Under the pieces are notes generated by a model. The model did not search any database. It was not told the origin of the DNA and saw only the letters and a list, made by a program, of their open reading frames with translations. Source: Toensbergia leucococca (Eukaryota). Taken from it: 64,000 nt of DNA. Below are positions 26,936 through 39,750 of the stretch, piece by piece. Where the stretch lies: assembly GCA_022813965.1 (NCBI GenBank), contig JALDZS010000057.1, positions 1 to 64,000 of the forward strand, given 5' to 3'. Numbering within the stretch: the stretch's first letter is position 1; each line of letters starts with the position of its first letter. A program made the translations under genes and the position numbers.

Positions 26936-28019
26936 CTATTCTATGGCCTATGCCAAAAGGGACAAGCAAAGTGCCACGCGAATGGAACTATTGGCGATGG
27001 GAGAGTAAGTCTTTGAAATCAAAACAAAGCCGGAATGAAGACGAGGTAACTAAAAGATTGTTTCAGACGCTGCAAGGTGTGCCTCGTTGGAAAGACGAGT
27101 CCAGACGCTGGAATGTCCCGTCGCGCTCGTGGAAGAGGAACCCTCCTCGCACCACTCCTCCTACCGTCACCACTCCGCCTGCGCTCTCCGTCGCTGCTCT
27201 GGCTCCTCCCCCCGCCGCTGTCATTGTCCCTCCCCCTGCCACCGTTATCTCATCTGTATGTGTTGACTTGACAGACCAACACAGCAAAGATAAATCAACA
27301 AATTACAACATTCTTCAAGAACGTCTACGATGCATGGATGCTAAATCACTCGAAGAGAATTTATCTTGGTCCCAGATGAGGCTTCCTCCTGATAAACCTT
27401 CAACTGAAGAGTTTCCTCCCGATCTGATCTGGACACTCTTGCAGTCGGCGTCTTTTCCTCAAGAACTCTATCTTTGGCTCTCAGCCAACTGTCGCTGAGC
27501 CCATATCTCCGCTGGTAGAAGTTGACGGCCAATTTAGAATTTCCATAACAATGGTAGCAACAGTCTAGGTTCCGTCAATAGGACCATTGAATTCCTATTG
27601 ACGCCGAAGATACCTACGCCCTCCACCAACCAACTCATCCTCCAACTCATTCCGGGTACCCACACCAACATTACCTGAGCCCCACCCCACCTTCCACCCC
27701 CACCTTCCACCTTTCCACCTTTTCACCTTCCACCTTTCCAGCTTCCACCTTTCCTCCTTACGTCTCTCCACCTTCCTGCTTTCGCCGTACAGGCAACATT
27801 TAGCTTCCTGTCCTTGAGTCATCGTGTACCTGGCTCACCGTCCTTATCGGGTGTCCGTACATCCTGGATCCTCCAACGTATCTCGTTATCCAGATCTCCT
27901 ACCAATTGGATTCATTTTGAAAGACTGGCCATCCTTTCACTGATATCATCACTCCAGATACAGTTAAGGTCATTAACTTCGTAATTTCAACTAATCCTAG
28001 ATCAACTGACCTTGAGCTG

Positions 28020-31000
28020 GTGACTACCGACCACCGCGCTGCTAGATTTAGACCTCAGTCACAGGACTCTCTTGGACTAGTTGGATCAATGGCCTGGTCA
28101 TCGGACTGGGCTCACGATAGAAGAAACCTCCGAGCCGAACTAAAGGCTTTTGATGAATACACTCAGGATATAGTTGCTTTCCTTACTGATTCACCTCCGT
28201 CACTGACAAGACCGTCTACAGCACCCAGCACTATCACTAGATCCACCTCCGCTGAGGAGACGATAGGCCCATCAGCCGCCGCATCCGCCGCCACTGAAAA
28301 GAGACCGGCAAAGGCGAAATCCAAGCCACCCAAGGGCCCTACACATCAAGCTTCCGACAGTATGAATTTTCCACCTATTGATGATGCCACCCAGCGTCTT
28401 ATTGATGCCGCCATTGACAAGGCCATCAATAGCTATGTTGCCAGGAATCCCCTCACAGCCGGTCCCCCCGAACCACCTGGTCCGCCAGGGGAAGCTGGGC
28501 TCGATGCTGCTGCTGGCGCTGAGTTCAGATGAAACCCGAGTGAGCTTGTTCTTTGGCCCGAATCACGACGGCAAGTCCGTCAACATCGGTTCGGCCATCG
28601 ACCGTGCAGGCATAGAAACCAATTTTAGGGACGTTCACTTGTTTACTGAATGAGCCAAGCAACTTTGCCTAATCAAAGGTTCAGCCTTTCAGGCACAGTG
28701 CGTACTAATCTTTGGTTAAGCCTTCAAGGCGTCGCGTTGAAGTGATGGACTGACGAATTAACTGAGACAGAACAGCGTATAACGATGCTAGGCAATGATG
28801 TTACGGAATGGACCAGGCTATTGATTGCGAGGTTCAAGCAACCTTCTAATCTTGCTATTGATGCTATGCTGAACGAGAAATTTACGATGAGGGACGCCTC
28901 CAATCATCGGGAACCGCGGGAATTCACGGTAAAGATGCTACGTTCCGCTAAGGACGCTGGATTATCGATCGTTAAGGTACAACTTGACATCGTCTATAAT
29001 GGAATTGACCTGGAGCTACGGCGAGATATCCCTCGCCTCACCGATCACACCACCGTTAACGATTTTCTGCAAAGCCTGGATGATAGGAAGCACGAGTGGT
29101 GGATGTACTCAATTCCGTCTCCTTTGATTTGTGACGCGCATGTGAGTCTGACTTCAAGGACAATGGACTGAGTGTCTGAATAGCATACTCGACCCCGTGA
29201 GCGAGGGAAAAAGTGTGTTTTGTCCGTTAGAGATTTGCTTAAGCCTTGAAAAACAGTGAACAGATTCCGCGTTCAGGCACGCAGCTAGGCGACCACGCTA
29301 TTCAACAGTCATAAAGACCCCAAGTCAAGATTCTTCACCAAGGGTATAGATTCATATTACAAATGGTGGACTACACTGAAAGGGATATCTCTGTTCTAAC
29401 AAGAAACGGAGTAATATAATCACTACATGGTTCAGCCATCACAGCAATATTTCAAGAGTGGTAACTTTAGTTTTAATATAACCATTGAAGCAGTCAATTA
29501 GATAAACCCTTCAAACGGCTCTAAAGATATCTTCACTGATAACATTGAGGTTTTCTGAGTTTTTTGAGTCTGAGAAGAATGTCTCACTGAAGAACATCAA
29601 TGAAAAGTGCGTTTTGACTGCTGAGTCTATCAGTGACTTTTTCTGCTGTTTTATGATGATATCACAGATGATGTGCACTTGAATCATGATGAACATGTAG
29701 ACTGACCTTCATCTCACAACTCTTTTACTCAGACTCAGATATGAGCTCAGATAAAGATGTTCTAAGCCTTTTTACAGCCTAGGAACGCAGACAGAAATGT
29801 AATGACTGTATTTAATGCACTCATTTCATATTTCACTATCTCAATCTTTATGTAAACTCAAATTATGATAAGGGTTAAATCTTTTCTGCTGCTTTTTTCT
29901 ATCACTCTTAATTCAATGCAAACTCAGAGTTTTTTTTATCAGGTGATCAGAAAATGCATTTTGCAGTGCTTTTAGTGTCAATTTTATCAGATCTAAATGC
30001 AATAAACTGCGGGGTGATAAAAGGTAAAGGTCTTTTGAGTGTGAAAGCTTTGTCACAGTTGTAAAAATTTTTGAGTAGAAGAAAGATGAGAGAATTGAGA
30101 GTAAGGTCAGGAATATTTATATTTGAAAACTGACTTGCTGTCAATCTGTCAGTGATTCTAAGTCAGTTCATTACAATTGACACAAGCAGCAGATGAGAAT
30201 CTTTGAGACAGAATAGAACGCTGCGCACCGTTTTTGTGTTGACTTTAATGATTCATGATCTGCTATGTGATGAAGAGACATAATGATAAAGATGATATTT
30301 TTTTTTAAGATGATAAAACAAAAAGATTGACAATTTTGAGAAGGGTGTTTATTGAGGCAAGTTGAGTCTTTTAAGCATTTCAGTAAAAGACATGTTTGAA
30401 TCTGTTGTCAAGATAAAGGTCAATTCTCAACTTGTAATTGATAATCAATCATCTGATTGAAAAAGTCAGAAGGCAGAGCTTGATTCAAGATTCTGATATC
30501 ACATTTGTTGAAAGCAGATCTTCAATTATCTTCAGCTAATTGTATTCTCTGACTCTCTTGACTTAAAAGGAGACATCAAAAATGGTCAGGTTCTTATCAT
30601 TTGTACATGAATTCTTAGACATGTGTCAGACAGTACAGTGATGAGTCAAATCATTTGCAGAGATTGCACACTCACTTCAATGACTCACTGAAAAGGTCAC
30701 CTGGAGAGGACTGAATCAGAAGCATTGTCCTTTCTCTTACTTCGCGAATTATGTGCCATGAAAGCCAAAATGTTCGGATGGGACCCCAACTTACCAATGA
30801 GGATATTCCTCAATGCGTCAGAATTTACTGCTGAATGTTTTGTCTCACAAATTCAAGATCATAAGGAGAGACCCCTGTATTATGACTCTTTTACGTTTTC
30901 TAAGCCAGAAAGGTCGTATGACACGTATAAGCGTGAGTTATGAGTGATAATACAATTTACTGAAAAGTTCTGACACTTCTTTGAATGTTTGATTAAGTCA

Positions 31001-31020
31001 ACCATTCAGTGAACTGAATG
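28020..31020 (+). mobile_element. Degenerate Ty3/Gypsy LTR retrotransposon (gag plus decayed pol RT/RNase H)
   Basis: gag-like GPPEPPGPPG, FRDVHLF, EWTRLLIARFKQP..REPREF..QLDIVYNGIDLELRRDI..LDDRKHEWW (28020-29100); RNase H-like MFGWDPNLPMRIFLNASEF..ERPLYYDSFTFSKPERSYDTYKREL (30760-30943); many stops. LTRs not identified. Confidence 0.8.
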
Positions 31021-33775
31021 AAGCTGCTGTTCAAGATTTTAGGAACAAAATTCACTGTATCCTACTTCGACAGCATATCTCAGACTCAGCCTGGGATTGG
31101 TATAGCGACCTCGATGCTGAGTGAAAAGAAGCCTCCATGGGTCTAATGAGCCTCCTGGTCAGTTCCCTTGTCAAATGAACATGAAAGTCACTGCCTCCCG
31201 GCAATCCTGACTTTGAACACAGCATGAAGTGTTCATCTATCTTCAAGATAGTTGAATGTCAGTGAATGTGCGTGTCTCCTTCTTTCACTGTGTAAGTCCT
31301 ATCCGGCGCGAAGGAAAGCAGCCGGTCAATTGCGTAAACCCCTTTTATTCTGTGGGATGTTTATTTTCTACTACCAACTCGTTGTGATTCAAATCTTCTG
31401 AAGTCTAGCACAGCGTATCCTGATTCCGCAGGCGTGAGACTTGAAATCTTCTTGAAGGATGAGCTTTCTCGCTTCATGAATTGTTAGGAAATTGCCTAGG
31501 TGTTTTGCCTCGGAGTCATTTTTTTTGAAGAAAGTCATCTAGTCATGTAGGTACTCAGTACGCCGCTGACCGTCGTTTTCGTCACCGGATGCCTGAATGA
31601 TCATAATCTCGAAGCATTTGCTTTGAACAGATTTCAACCACGCATTGAGGAATCGCGCTATTCAGAATCTCAGTCCTGTATCAAATCAGAGGAATCCGAT
31701 GGCACAAGAAAGAACGTGAATACAAAACCCGAGGGCGTATCTCTCAAACCGAAAAGAAAATCTGATGACCATGAAGTGTCTGACAGATGAAGATTTTGGA
31801 TATTGACCTTGACTTTGGGATGGATGATGATCCCCCTCAACATTATGAGCGTTGAACAACCAGAGCAACAGCTTAAGATCATCTTTGCCGTCCGCACGAG
31901 AAACGTCTTCATGCTGACGGAAAACACTGCCGGCGACATTATCAAGATTGATGACTTGAATGAGCCTACATTTAAGACAGCTGTAGACCGGCGCATTGAC
32001 CAACTTTGACGACAGCTCGCAACTCCCCTCACGTCAGCATCTCAAATGATCACAGTGGTCGAGCCTACGTTTCCCGGGATCGTTCTAACTCGGTTTTAGC
32101 AGGTCTGAAGAACCCACTTCAACCAGTGTCAAGATGTGTCTCAGTCCCGGATCATGAACCGTTCCATGGATTGCAAGGGTATAAGTAGAAGACAAGTGTG
32201 CTGAGATCGCGTTCTGCTTCGTTTCAACAATCATGAAAGTGAAATAGACATATGGAACATTCAATAGAGACTTGGAAACCATTGAACGGAGGCAGCCTTG
32301 GTGTCCCACCTTGACTCAGCCACTTTGCGGTGTCATATTCAGCGCTCCCAGGGATATGACAAGGCGCTGAGCGTTGCCTCCGGTGGCTATTTCAATGTCA
32401 ACGGGATCTGAACTGACGGCACCGTTGTTGCTCACAACGCCAAGCCCGTCAGCAAGCTCCGGGGTTGGTGAGGGTACTGTGTGCAGATTCCGGCGGCTAA
32501 GAGGGTTTACTAGGAATGCATTCAGGATACCGGGAGGCCGGGAGAGGGGGCCATGTACTCAAGGTGATTCTGAGAACGTTTCATTTCGATTTATCAAGAA
32601 GTACCGTCACATCTTTGAACGTCAACACTGTACACTGACCGTAAGTCTCTGATAGGATTCATCAGTTCTAATCATCATAAGAACATACACGTGTAAGATG
32701 AGCCAGTAGAGCGCTTCTGAAGCATGAATACAAAATCCATAAAGCTCCGGGCCGGCAGCTCTAACAGAATGGCGAATGCCTGCTGGAAGTATCTGGGTGA
32801 GAAGAATACAGCAAAATGCTAAAGGCACTCAATACAGTCAAAACCGGATACTTTGAAGAAATGCGGCGTTGTAAATTGGTCGAAAGCGAGAAAGCAACAA
32901 TGCTGACAGTAATACTTCGCGGGGCCAAGAGGAGGAAGAGGGGAATAGTGGTTCCCGCCCATGCATGGAAGGCGTCAACTTGCGGAGTGGAGACGACTGC
33001 TGCTGCTATCGAGGGGATTCCTTATATCGACGGAGTCTCTCTTGATGAAGGCTGAGTACTTTGCGACGGCAGAGCTTGAGATTCTCATCTAACATAGAGA
33101 CCGAGAACCGCGATCTCCATATGCGAGTGGGATCTCTAAATAGGTCTACCGAACGTCAAGATCGACATATAGATTTTCAAGAAAACATTGATGTGAGTCA
33201 TGAATAGAGTAGAGGACTGCCGGGTTCATAGCGTTCGACAAACCGTGGGCTGTGATAATGAAGGCGACCAATCAACGCCCTCCACAGCCTCTGCTTACCC
33301 TATTACCAACAACATGTGAAGGAAATTTCGACAGATGGCTAGATAACGCTCAAAGGCAGAGGTGAGACGACTGAGAGGAAGGATATACTGATCTAGACTT
33401 TCTCAGGCGCCAACATACGATGGCAGGTTATATAGCGAGCTCTGAGCTTAGAAAATCCATCACCTTTCCACACCACTAAGTTCCTAGTTTGAGATTTGAT
33501 TCGTAGTCCTAGGTTGAGGATTATCGTACTGAATATCGTACTTGTCGATTGGTTCGATTAGTTCGATTACCTTACTTATCGAGGATCTTTTATGGAGGTC
33601 GTGCCCAGGTCGAATATCGAACGTCGACGGCCACTACCACGAGGCTGCGGTCTCACCCAACCAACACCACCGTACCGTTGACTGCTTTGGTCAACGCCTA
33701 TATTGTTTGCTTATTACTTGGTCCACTTTGAGGCACTGAGCCTTGAGACAAGGCTACCCCACCGCTGGCTCTTAG

Positions 33776-33848
33776 GACGAACACTTCCTCGTCCAGAACG
33801 AACACTTCGACTAGAACGATCACTTCCTCGTCTAGAACGATCACTCTC
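33776..33848. repeat. Short imperfect tandem repeat (~17-21 bp, GAACGAWCACTTC core, ~4 copies)
   Basis: gacgaacacttcctcgtcca / gaacgaacacttcgacta / gaacgatcacttcctcgtcta / gaacgatcactct. Confidence 0.75.
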
Positions 33849-35618
33849 TCCTAGGGTCTCCTTTTTCCTCAACACACCTTGTACCCGTCTAAGAATGCAA
33901 CAAATTCATTAGTCATAGCTCGCCGCTCTTCGTCGAATCTGACTTCCCCCCGCACTTGGCCAATTACGTCAAGATGCTCAAACGCGAAACCTGAGGCGAT
34001 CGATCCGCGAATTCTATAGCTCTTGAACTAGAAGAAGAGCAGATAGCAGTATTATAGCTCATACTGGATAGTTTGCATTCCATCCTAGAATGCATGGTGT
34101 CGGCCCTCGGCTCGATACACAAATCCTATAGCGATATGTTTTCACCTCGGAGAGTTTTACCAATAAATCCTACCATATATTATGACCAGAAGGCGACCCA
34201 TACACTGTTGAATTGGATAGATCAAAGTCAACAGGAGACCGGAAAGCTTAAATGATCTATAGTGCACCAGCTGTATATATCAAGGCAACCATCTTGACGG
34301 CCGTCGTCAATGTTGACGTTCTTGCCTAGGGTGACTGCCGGTAGTATACTAGATACAGCTCACCAGATCGGGCCGTGGGCACGGTAGTACAACATCACCA
34401 CAATACAGATTTATGGACTAAATGACGATTGCTGTAGCAGAGTATGTTGACCCAGATTTGACTTTTTGTATTTGATGCGGAGCTGGAAATCGAAACAAGT
34501 GTATAAAGAAATGAGGTATATGTACGAAAAAGGAGTCCTTGACCCCTCAAGGGGGGAAAGTCCAATAATGTGAATCGTGGTCTGTCATTACCACGACTGA
34601 GGGAGGCGGGAGCGGGGGAGGTGTTGACGTGGGAGAGGGAGGGAGGATGGGTGGGAAAGGGAAGGGGGGTGCCCGAATTCGATGATAATTGGTAGTTTCT
34701 TGCCCTTTGGCGATGATTCCTTCTTGATATAGACATATTTCCTATGAGAGGTTAGCTTGAGCATCAAGTGACGGTATATAGCAATGATAGTAGGGGGAAC
34801 AGTAGTGAGAACAACAACGGCGTGGGCAATAACAGTGTGAGCAATGGCAACGTGGACCAGCGAGAGCAATAAGAGCGTCAGCCATAGGAGCGTGAGCCAT
34901 AAGAGTGTTAGCAATAACAGAGAGAAAACTTACTGTTTGGGGCGGATGAAAGGTTGAAGAGCAAAAGAGATAGAGGGATGCGAAACCAGTATATAATCAA
35001 GCAAAATGCGCTAGTCCCATTCAGGAGGTGCAACTGCTGAATACAGCAATGGAGTACATCGCGACCTCGCTGGTATGATTACTTTTCCTCATCAGCTCAA
35101 GGATAGCGCGCGGAATATAGGGCTAACATTTAAACACCGCGATAAACTTGGAGCAAGCTTCGGAGGTTTGCTTTGAGCGCTTTATGGCTAGACAGACGTC
35201 ATAGAAATTGAAAAGCTTGACACTTAACGTTGTGATGATTATAAAGATATGAGTAGAGGAAGCCTATCTTGCACATGGTCCAAATATATGAGGCCTTAGT
35301 AGCATAAATCTAAAGTTTCATCTGGTTCATCTGGAGCCACCATAAGCGTAATTCCCAGGAGCACAAGAACAGACTCTGAATGTTCCATAGTTCAAGTAGG
35401 CGACATGTTGGGAAATCGAAGCTCGAGTTAGTAGCAGTAAAAGATTTAAGAGCGCGGAAGTTTCTTATTTCACCCTGGCGGCACTCGACTATGATAAGAT
35501 TATCGCTATTTGTTGGCCTATGGATGCGGACGTCACTTCGACCATTTTGTAGCATCCACCGATCCTCCATCTTCGAATCATGACTTAAGAGAGCCGTCAA
35601 ATCAACTTCGACGGTACC

Positions 35619-36026
35619 ATGTTGCGCTGGGCGCGCTCGCTCAGAGTCATCCCGCTTGCGAATACAGGCAGCGTTGCGAGGGACCATCTTGCAAACGAGC
35701 GAACCTTCCTTGCATGGACACGCACTGGACTGGGTTTCATTGCCCTCGGTGTCGCCCTCGAAAGATTCGATGCCATGGAAGCCTTGCCCTCTCCTTTCAT
35801 CCCGTTCGAACGAGAGCAAACTAGGACGTCGGCAATCGTTCTTGTTGGCGCTGGTAGCGGCTGTCTCCTCCACGGTACTCTTCGATACTTTTCCATTCTC
35901 CGCCTATTGCAGAAGGGTCTTTTTAGACCGAATATTGCTGGTGTTTCTTTGGTCGTACTCACGAGTACGGGCTTTGCTGTTGGGGGAACTTCGATGGTTA
36001 TGTCTATGGCGAAGAAAAAGGCATGA
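35619..36026 (+). CDS. DUF202 (YidH-like) small membrane protein
   Basis: Signature NTGSVARDHLANERTFLAWTRTGLGFIALG followed by hydrophobic segments. Confidence 0.85.
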   Translation: MLRWARSLRVIPLANTGSVARDHLANERTFLAWTRTGLGFIALGVALERFDAMEALPSPFIPFEREQTRTSAIVLVGAGSGCLLHGTLRYFSILRLLQKGLFRPNIAGVSLVVLTSTGFAVGGTSMVMSMAKKKA

Positions 36027-37014
36027 TCTGAAGAATAGCTATAGCCTCTGAACGAAGAGGTAGCTAGGCCTAATTATATCGTCTGACAATGTAGCTCGAG
36101 CTTATATGTGAATAGAGTCGTAAAAGCGATCATGTTGAGGTTACGTACTGACAATTGAGCACATGCTTGAGGTTAGCATCTAAAGGAAAAGCATGAAAGA
36201 ATCTATCTATCGATCCAGCTGTTACTGGACTACTACGTCGCGAGGATATCTTCGAACGCAGCCTGGGAATCATACCGTGTGAGCCATTCTGATGCTCTAT
36301 TTAAATATTCCGTTTCCTATGGTTCCCACTCACCATAGACATTTTTACTCTGCAGCGGTGTTATATACCCATCACTTTCTGGAAACGCTCTTGGCTATAA
36401 CGTTAAATTTTCTGTAATTAAATTTGTTTTTTCACGCTGTTCAAAAACACCTACCTTGAGGGCGGGGATTTACAGCGCTTTAGACCTTAGAGGACTGCGC
36501 TCATTAGGTCTTCAAGACCCTGAGCATTTTATTAGAGAGGAAATACATGCAATCATGATGAAACAAGCTATCTGAAGTTTTGATCAACCTTTTCAACATG
36601 CTCATAGTCTTTCTTGTCTGACTCTCCGCTTAAATGACTCAATCTCATATACTAATTTGCATCTTTCAATAATCTACATCTGTCTGATCGGGGCTGTACT
36701 ACCTGCGCTTCACTTTTGAAGTATCCTTCACATCAATTCTGCAGTCAGTACTGATGACGCTTTTTATGTCTGCGAGACCAAGGAATAGTTGGAGGGGATA
36801 GAAAAGGGACTTACCAAGAAGAAAAAACTGAGAACAGTAAGTCTGATCCCTGGGAGACGTGTGACGTTTGCTGATGTGTGATAGCTGAGGTATGAGATGA
36901 AACTTTGAATTAGGGGCTTGAGTTGAGCAAGGATAAGAGTGTAAAGAGTTCAGAGAGGTCCGGGAGGGCCGTACGAAAACCGACACGGATTCAAGCCAAT
37001 TATTCAACACGTGT

Positions 37015-37099
37015 CGAGGTCCGGTGTAAAAATTGACCGCCGATTGTTTGGCGAGGGTTCACTAAGCCATCGGTGGTCACTTTTTACACGGGGGTCTCG
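37015..37099. repeat. ~85-bp foldback / inverted repeat (MITE-like or RNA hairpin)
   Basis: 37024-37044 gtgtaaaaattgaccgccgat matches the reverse complement of 37069-37089 at 19/21. Inner arms gtttggcga/tcactaagc close a 4-nt loop. Confidence 0.8.
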
Positions 37100-38239
37100 T
37101 GTGGGTGCATGTTAAGTAGATGAGGACTTGACAACTCATGAACAGGCAACAATTCATCGTTGAATAATTAGTTGTGAGGTTGAGCAACGACTAGATGAAA
37201 CACTTTCCTATTACTCAGTTTAGCTGGCAGTATCTAGAATTCTAAATATATCACCATTTGTTGAGTTTTTCTTACAAGAGACTTGATATAAAATGCACGG
37301 ATTCCCGTTAACTGGCAACGATTCTTCGTCAGCTATCCGATTGAGAGGCTGAGCAACGACCAAACAGAAACCTTCACCATTGATCTATGACTCTTTATCA
37401 AGTGTGTCTTTTCTCAGCTGACAGGCTGACTCTATTGAAGAAACAGTTTTTAATATCTGCTGCGTTCTTACACCTTCAGTGAGCCCTTTGCAGAGAATAT
37501 GCACAGAGTATAGTCAATCATGCAAAGAAATCTTTGAGTTGATCTTAGTGAGTTTTGAGAGTTGATCACTGTTGAAGTTAACACTACTAATCTTTTTTTC
37601 TTAAAACGTCAAGCAAGTCAAGAAAAACACATTGTTAGTCACTGAAGTGAAGGTGCGTGGCTTGTGTCACAACATCATGCCGTCAGACTGCATCAGAAGT
37701 CATCAATTCCTAAGCCTCCGTCAAGGGAGTGAGTAGAGGAGTTTCCTGTTGAATAAACTCAAAAAGCTAAAGAGTGTACCTTTTCTTCTTCAGGAGTTGT
37801 GGGTGCCTCAACTATTTAGCACTGCGCTATTCACTTGTGAGCTTACTGACTCCGTCTCTTCTTCAGCCGGCAAAGGGCTTATACAGATTTGAGGGTATCT
37901 TTCACTGATAGTCAGTGATGATCTTGAGTATGCAGATGTCAATGTGTGATATTGTAGCCACCGTCCCTACCAATCAATATCTTCTCTTAAGTGACTAGAG
38001 TCTTAAATTTAAATCCTTATAAGTCACCTCTCACATCACTAATGCTATCAGTCTCATTATTTCCTAACCTCCCTCATTGCCCTGCCCAATGCGTCTTCTT
38101 CGCCATTATAGCACTGATGCAAAGTCACCTCGTGGCCTTCTAGCTCACGTAGCAAATACATTTTTATGGTATTTCACGGTGATGTAGGCGAGTCTAGGAT
38201 AAGGCAAAACTATTCCAGGCATTCATCGAGCCTCAGTGA

Positions 38240-38620
38240 GGAGGTCCTTGACTTTGCAAGATAGTGGGTAGACTTGCTTGGATTGATTTCAAACGTATAC
38301 GACGGCAGCACATCGACGATGATACTGCTCGTTCTTGAGGTTTTGAGCACAGATCAAGGGAACGGCATGGTGTTCCGTTATGATCTCCCAATGGAGTTGG
38401 TATAGGAGTATCTTTGAAGAGCACTTTTGGACCTGTTTTTTAAATGTATAAATGCAGGAATGTAGAAGGAAAGATATAGAATCGCTAGGATCGTTGAAGT
38501 CTTTTATCATCTCAAGTCTTTTTTCTCTCCAAGTGTAGACTGATGGTTTATGCTTCCAATTCGTGGGTTCAAACTCAGCATAGTGAGGACTGCGACTAGA
38601 AAAGTGCAGCATTGATCCCA
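38240..38620 (-). pseudogene. Possible decayed SNF2-type helicase C-terminal fragment
   Basis: KRLEMIKDFNDPSDSISFLL..CSSKILLYQLHWEIITEHHAV loosely follows Helicase_C (R..I..FN.P..LL..vil.e..W....e.QA); heavily diverged. Confidence 0.35.
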
Positions 38621-39278
38621 AAGACCCTACTTTGACAAAACAATGGGCTGCTAACGATTATGAGAATGGTGTGAAGAGGAGAGTGTTGGGCAGCAAGGCA
38701 CTGGGCAATAGCGTACTGTCACCTTCCCCCTTCAACCTTATGCCTAGACTAAAATGTGCAGAGATAATTAATTAGCCCCCCCCCCATTCAAGGCTGGAAG
38801 ACATTCATCAAGGAAGTGACTGTTTCACAACAGAACTTTCTCGACAGCTGAGATAGTCAGCCTTTGCTGTAGAAGACAGTCAGAGCTTAAGAAGCTCGTG
38901 ATGGGACCTTGCGCTTTTCAATTTGTGATCGTAGGGCGGAGGAGAATGTGTCTACGTGTGCGTGGACTGAACTTACTACCAAGCGCGTTGTCAATGTTCT
39001 GATGAGTGGTTTAAAGATCGCTGTATTCAATGCTTGCTGAAAGCGCGCAGCTTCTGCGATCTGGGAAACTTCATAGACTTTGCTTAGAGCGATCGCTAAG
39101 AAAGATTGCTTGTAATGCTATACCAGCGAGGTAGATTAGTTAGGTATTATCTTGCATGACTATCATCGTGACCAGTAACAGGATATTGCGTAGTATGAAA
39201 TCAAAAAAAGAAACACAATTGGTGAGGTAGCACAGACGAAGCCTAAGAAGAAAAAAAAAAAAAGAAAAAGGAGAAACA

Positions 39279-39415
39279 CGCCATGCTCAGGATTCGAACC
39301 CGAGAGCAAACGGGGACCAAAAATAGAGAAGAACTGCATTCAATAGCTCCAGGTGAACCCCCAGATCACAGACTGCGCAGAAACAGGCAATCCGCTAACC
39401 GCTAGGCCAACGACA
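39279..39415 (-). tRNA. tRNA-like Pol III element (pseudo-tRNA or intron-containing tRNA; identity not assignable)
   Basis: Minus strand: A-box-like TGGCCTAGCGG, T-arm TCGGG-TTCGAAT-CCTGA (perfect B box GGTTCGAATCC), weak acceptor pairing, ~70-nt insert, and a 13-nt T run just downstream (39251-39263). Confidence 0.45.
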
Positions 39416-39750
39416 TTCCATGATGATATAGGAGAACTTACAATATATAACTCTTTGAGCACCAACTTTGATGACTCGAGCAAAGCATTCGAGACAATAT
39501 GTCAACACCTCGAAAATTTTTTCAACAACATGGGGCTAACTTATACTTTGGTCAACACTTATGATCATTACTGGCATACCTGGGTATTTCAAACCACATT
39601 TCGTCTTCATCTTTATCTTTAGTACACTCATATTCGGTCGATTCATCTTTAGCACGATCAAGGCTATACATTCGTCTTCGGCGCCTTCATCCCTATCGTC
39701 CTCCAACAAACTACCTTCTGCTCAAGCCGGCCAACCCGCCTCCTCCGAGG

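Noticed and set aside
31600..33060. Protein-like fragments (also 22692-23096 and 51110-51620)
   Set aside because: Short and interrupted, with no family recognisable by eye; probably decayed genes, but not supportable.
39279..39415. Selenocysteine tRNA
   Set aside because: The D-arm geometry is suggestive, but there is no 9-bp acceptor stem, no well-placed UCA anticodon loop and no long variable arm; Dikarya are not known to use Sec.
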